A stretch of DNA of 64,000 nt from Eledone cirrhosa. Its lineage: Eukaryota. Location of the stretch: assembly GCA_964016885.1 (NCBI GenBank), contig OZ024745.1:46996001-47060000 (forward strand), read 5' to 3'. Below, one piece after another: positions 63,341 through 64,000 of the stretch. The first letter of the stretch is position 1. The number at the start of each line of letters is the position of its first letter. Under the pieces are notes generated by a model, which was not told where the DNA came from, did no database searches, and was given only the letters and a program-made list of their open reading frames with translations. A program made the position numbers and the translations under genes.

Positions 63341-63457
63341 TAGGTATTGACATATGTTTCTGTAACAGACGGAATACCTATGTATCGCTGCTTGCGTAAT
63401 CATATAATGTTAGCAAGTATTCGATAGCAAATGTATAATCAGTTGTCACTTCTTCAG
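63341..63457 (-). ncRNA. Hammerhead ribozyme core with a long stem II, lacking the 5' arm of stem I
   Basis: Minus strand: CUGAAGA (63457-63451), A, GUGACA...UGUUAC closing a ~90-nt stem II, A, GAAAC-AUAU-GUC (63360-63349). Stem III is the palindrome ACAUAUGU with a GUC triplet. Confidence 0.6.
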
Positions 63458-63462
63458 AGATT

Positions 63463-64000
63463 TTGGGTTCCAATGATTCGGCGGAAGTAACTGATCTTGT
63501 GGGAATTTATATCACCCACAGACTACAAGGAAAATTCAAGGATCTCCACGGTGGACTCTACCGTGACGATGCGCGCCTATTAGTTAAGCATATGAATAAC
63601 CAGAATTTAGAAAGGATGCGTAAAAATATTAGAAAGCTTTTTAAGGAACTAGGATTAAATATTACATTTGAATATAACCTCAAAGAGGTTAATTTCCTTG
63701 ATGTTACTTTGAATCTCAATACAGAAACGATTAAACCGTTCCATAAACTAAATGAGAACCTTAAATATGTAAATACGGGTTCTAACCATCCACCCTCTAT
63801 AATTAAATCCATCCCTAGAAATATTTCCCTTAGAATCTCCCGCCTGTCGTCCAACCAGCAAACCTTCAAAGAACATGCCGAATATTATGATGATGCACTT
63901 AGGAAGGCTGGACACCTAGATAATATAGAGTATATAGTCGACGATCACCAAAACACCCAAAATAAATCTCATAGAGGTAGAAATAGCATAGAATCACCAC
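63463..64000 (+). pseudogene. PLE-2 reverse transcriptase fragment (motif B to thumb), open to the window end and absent from the ORF track
   Basis: Hand translation: LGSNDSAEVTDLVGIYITHRLQGKFKDLHGGLYRDDARLLV...VNFLDVTLNLNT...PFHKLNENLKYVNTGSNHPPSII...RISRLSSN...YYDDALRKAGH. It is collinear with the PLE-1 RT and about half identical by eye. Confidence 0.92.

Larger units (their letters stand above)
63185..64000 (+). mobile_element. Second Penelope-like element (PLE-2): 5'-truncated RT preceded by an inverted pLTR, running off the right edge
   Basis: An RT frame starts mid-domain at 63463. The 270 bp upstream carry a minus-strand hammerhead core and the CTCAAC..AGTAT..TGGAG motif shared with the PLE-1 5' UTR. 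An inverted pLTR at a 5' truncation is a known PLE structure. Confidence 0.85.

Noticed and set aside
63558-63869. 103-aa minus-strand ORF
   Set aside because: Antisense shadow of the PLE-2 RT on the plus strand.

Overview
Eukaryotic, gene-free, repeat-only window. The repeat content (RTE LINE with a (GAT)n tail, Penelope-like elements, kb-long (TA)n tracts) resembles a marine invertebrate such as a cephalopod, but that is an inference. Positions 1-52368 are one uninterrupted 20-bp satellite array built from two related monomers, A = TTTTTTATTTGGGT(G/A)CCCCG and B = TTTTTTTATG(6-11)TCCG. The monomers follow a near-strict ordering rule and the array has layered higher-order domains. All ORFs over the array are artefacts. 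A 200-N scaffold gap follows (52369-52568). After the gap lie: a near full-length, twice-frameshifted Penelope-like element (RT plus C-terminal GIY-YIG, minus strand) with a well-formed type I hammerhead ribozyme upstream of its ORF; a 2.2-kb TA microsatellite; a 5'-truncated RTE LINE with a PHD-like finger; a ~207-bp tandem duplication; five alternately oriented copies of a 70-110-bp module separated by TA tracts (nested fold-backs); and a second, 5'-truncated Penelope RT that the ORF track missed, preceded by an inverted pLTR with a second hammerhead core. No host gene is visible. I cannot demonstrate a new biological system. The best leads are the ribozyme and hairpin motifs in the Penelope UTRs, the satellite grammar and the fold-back cluster.
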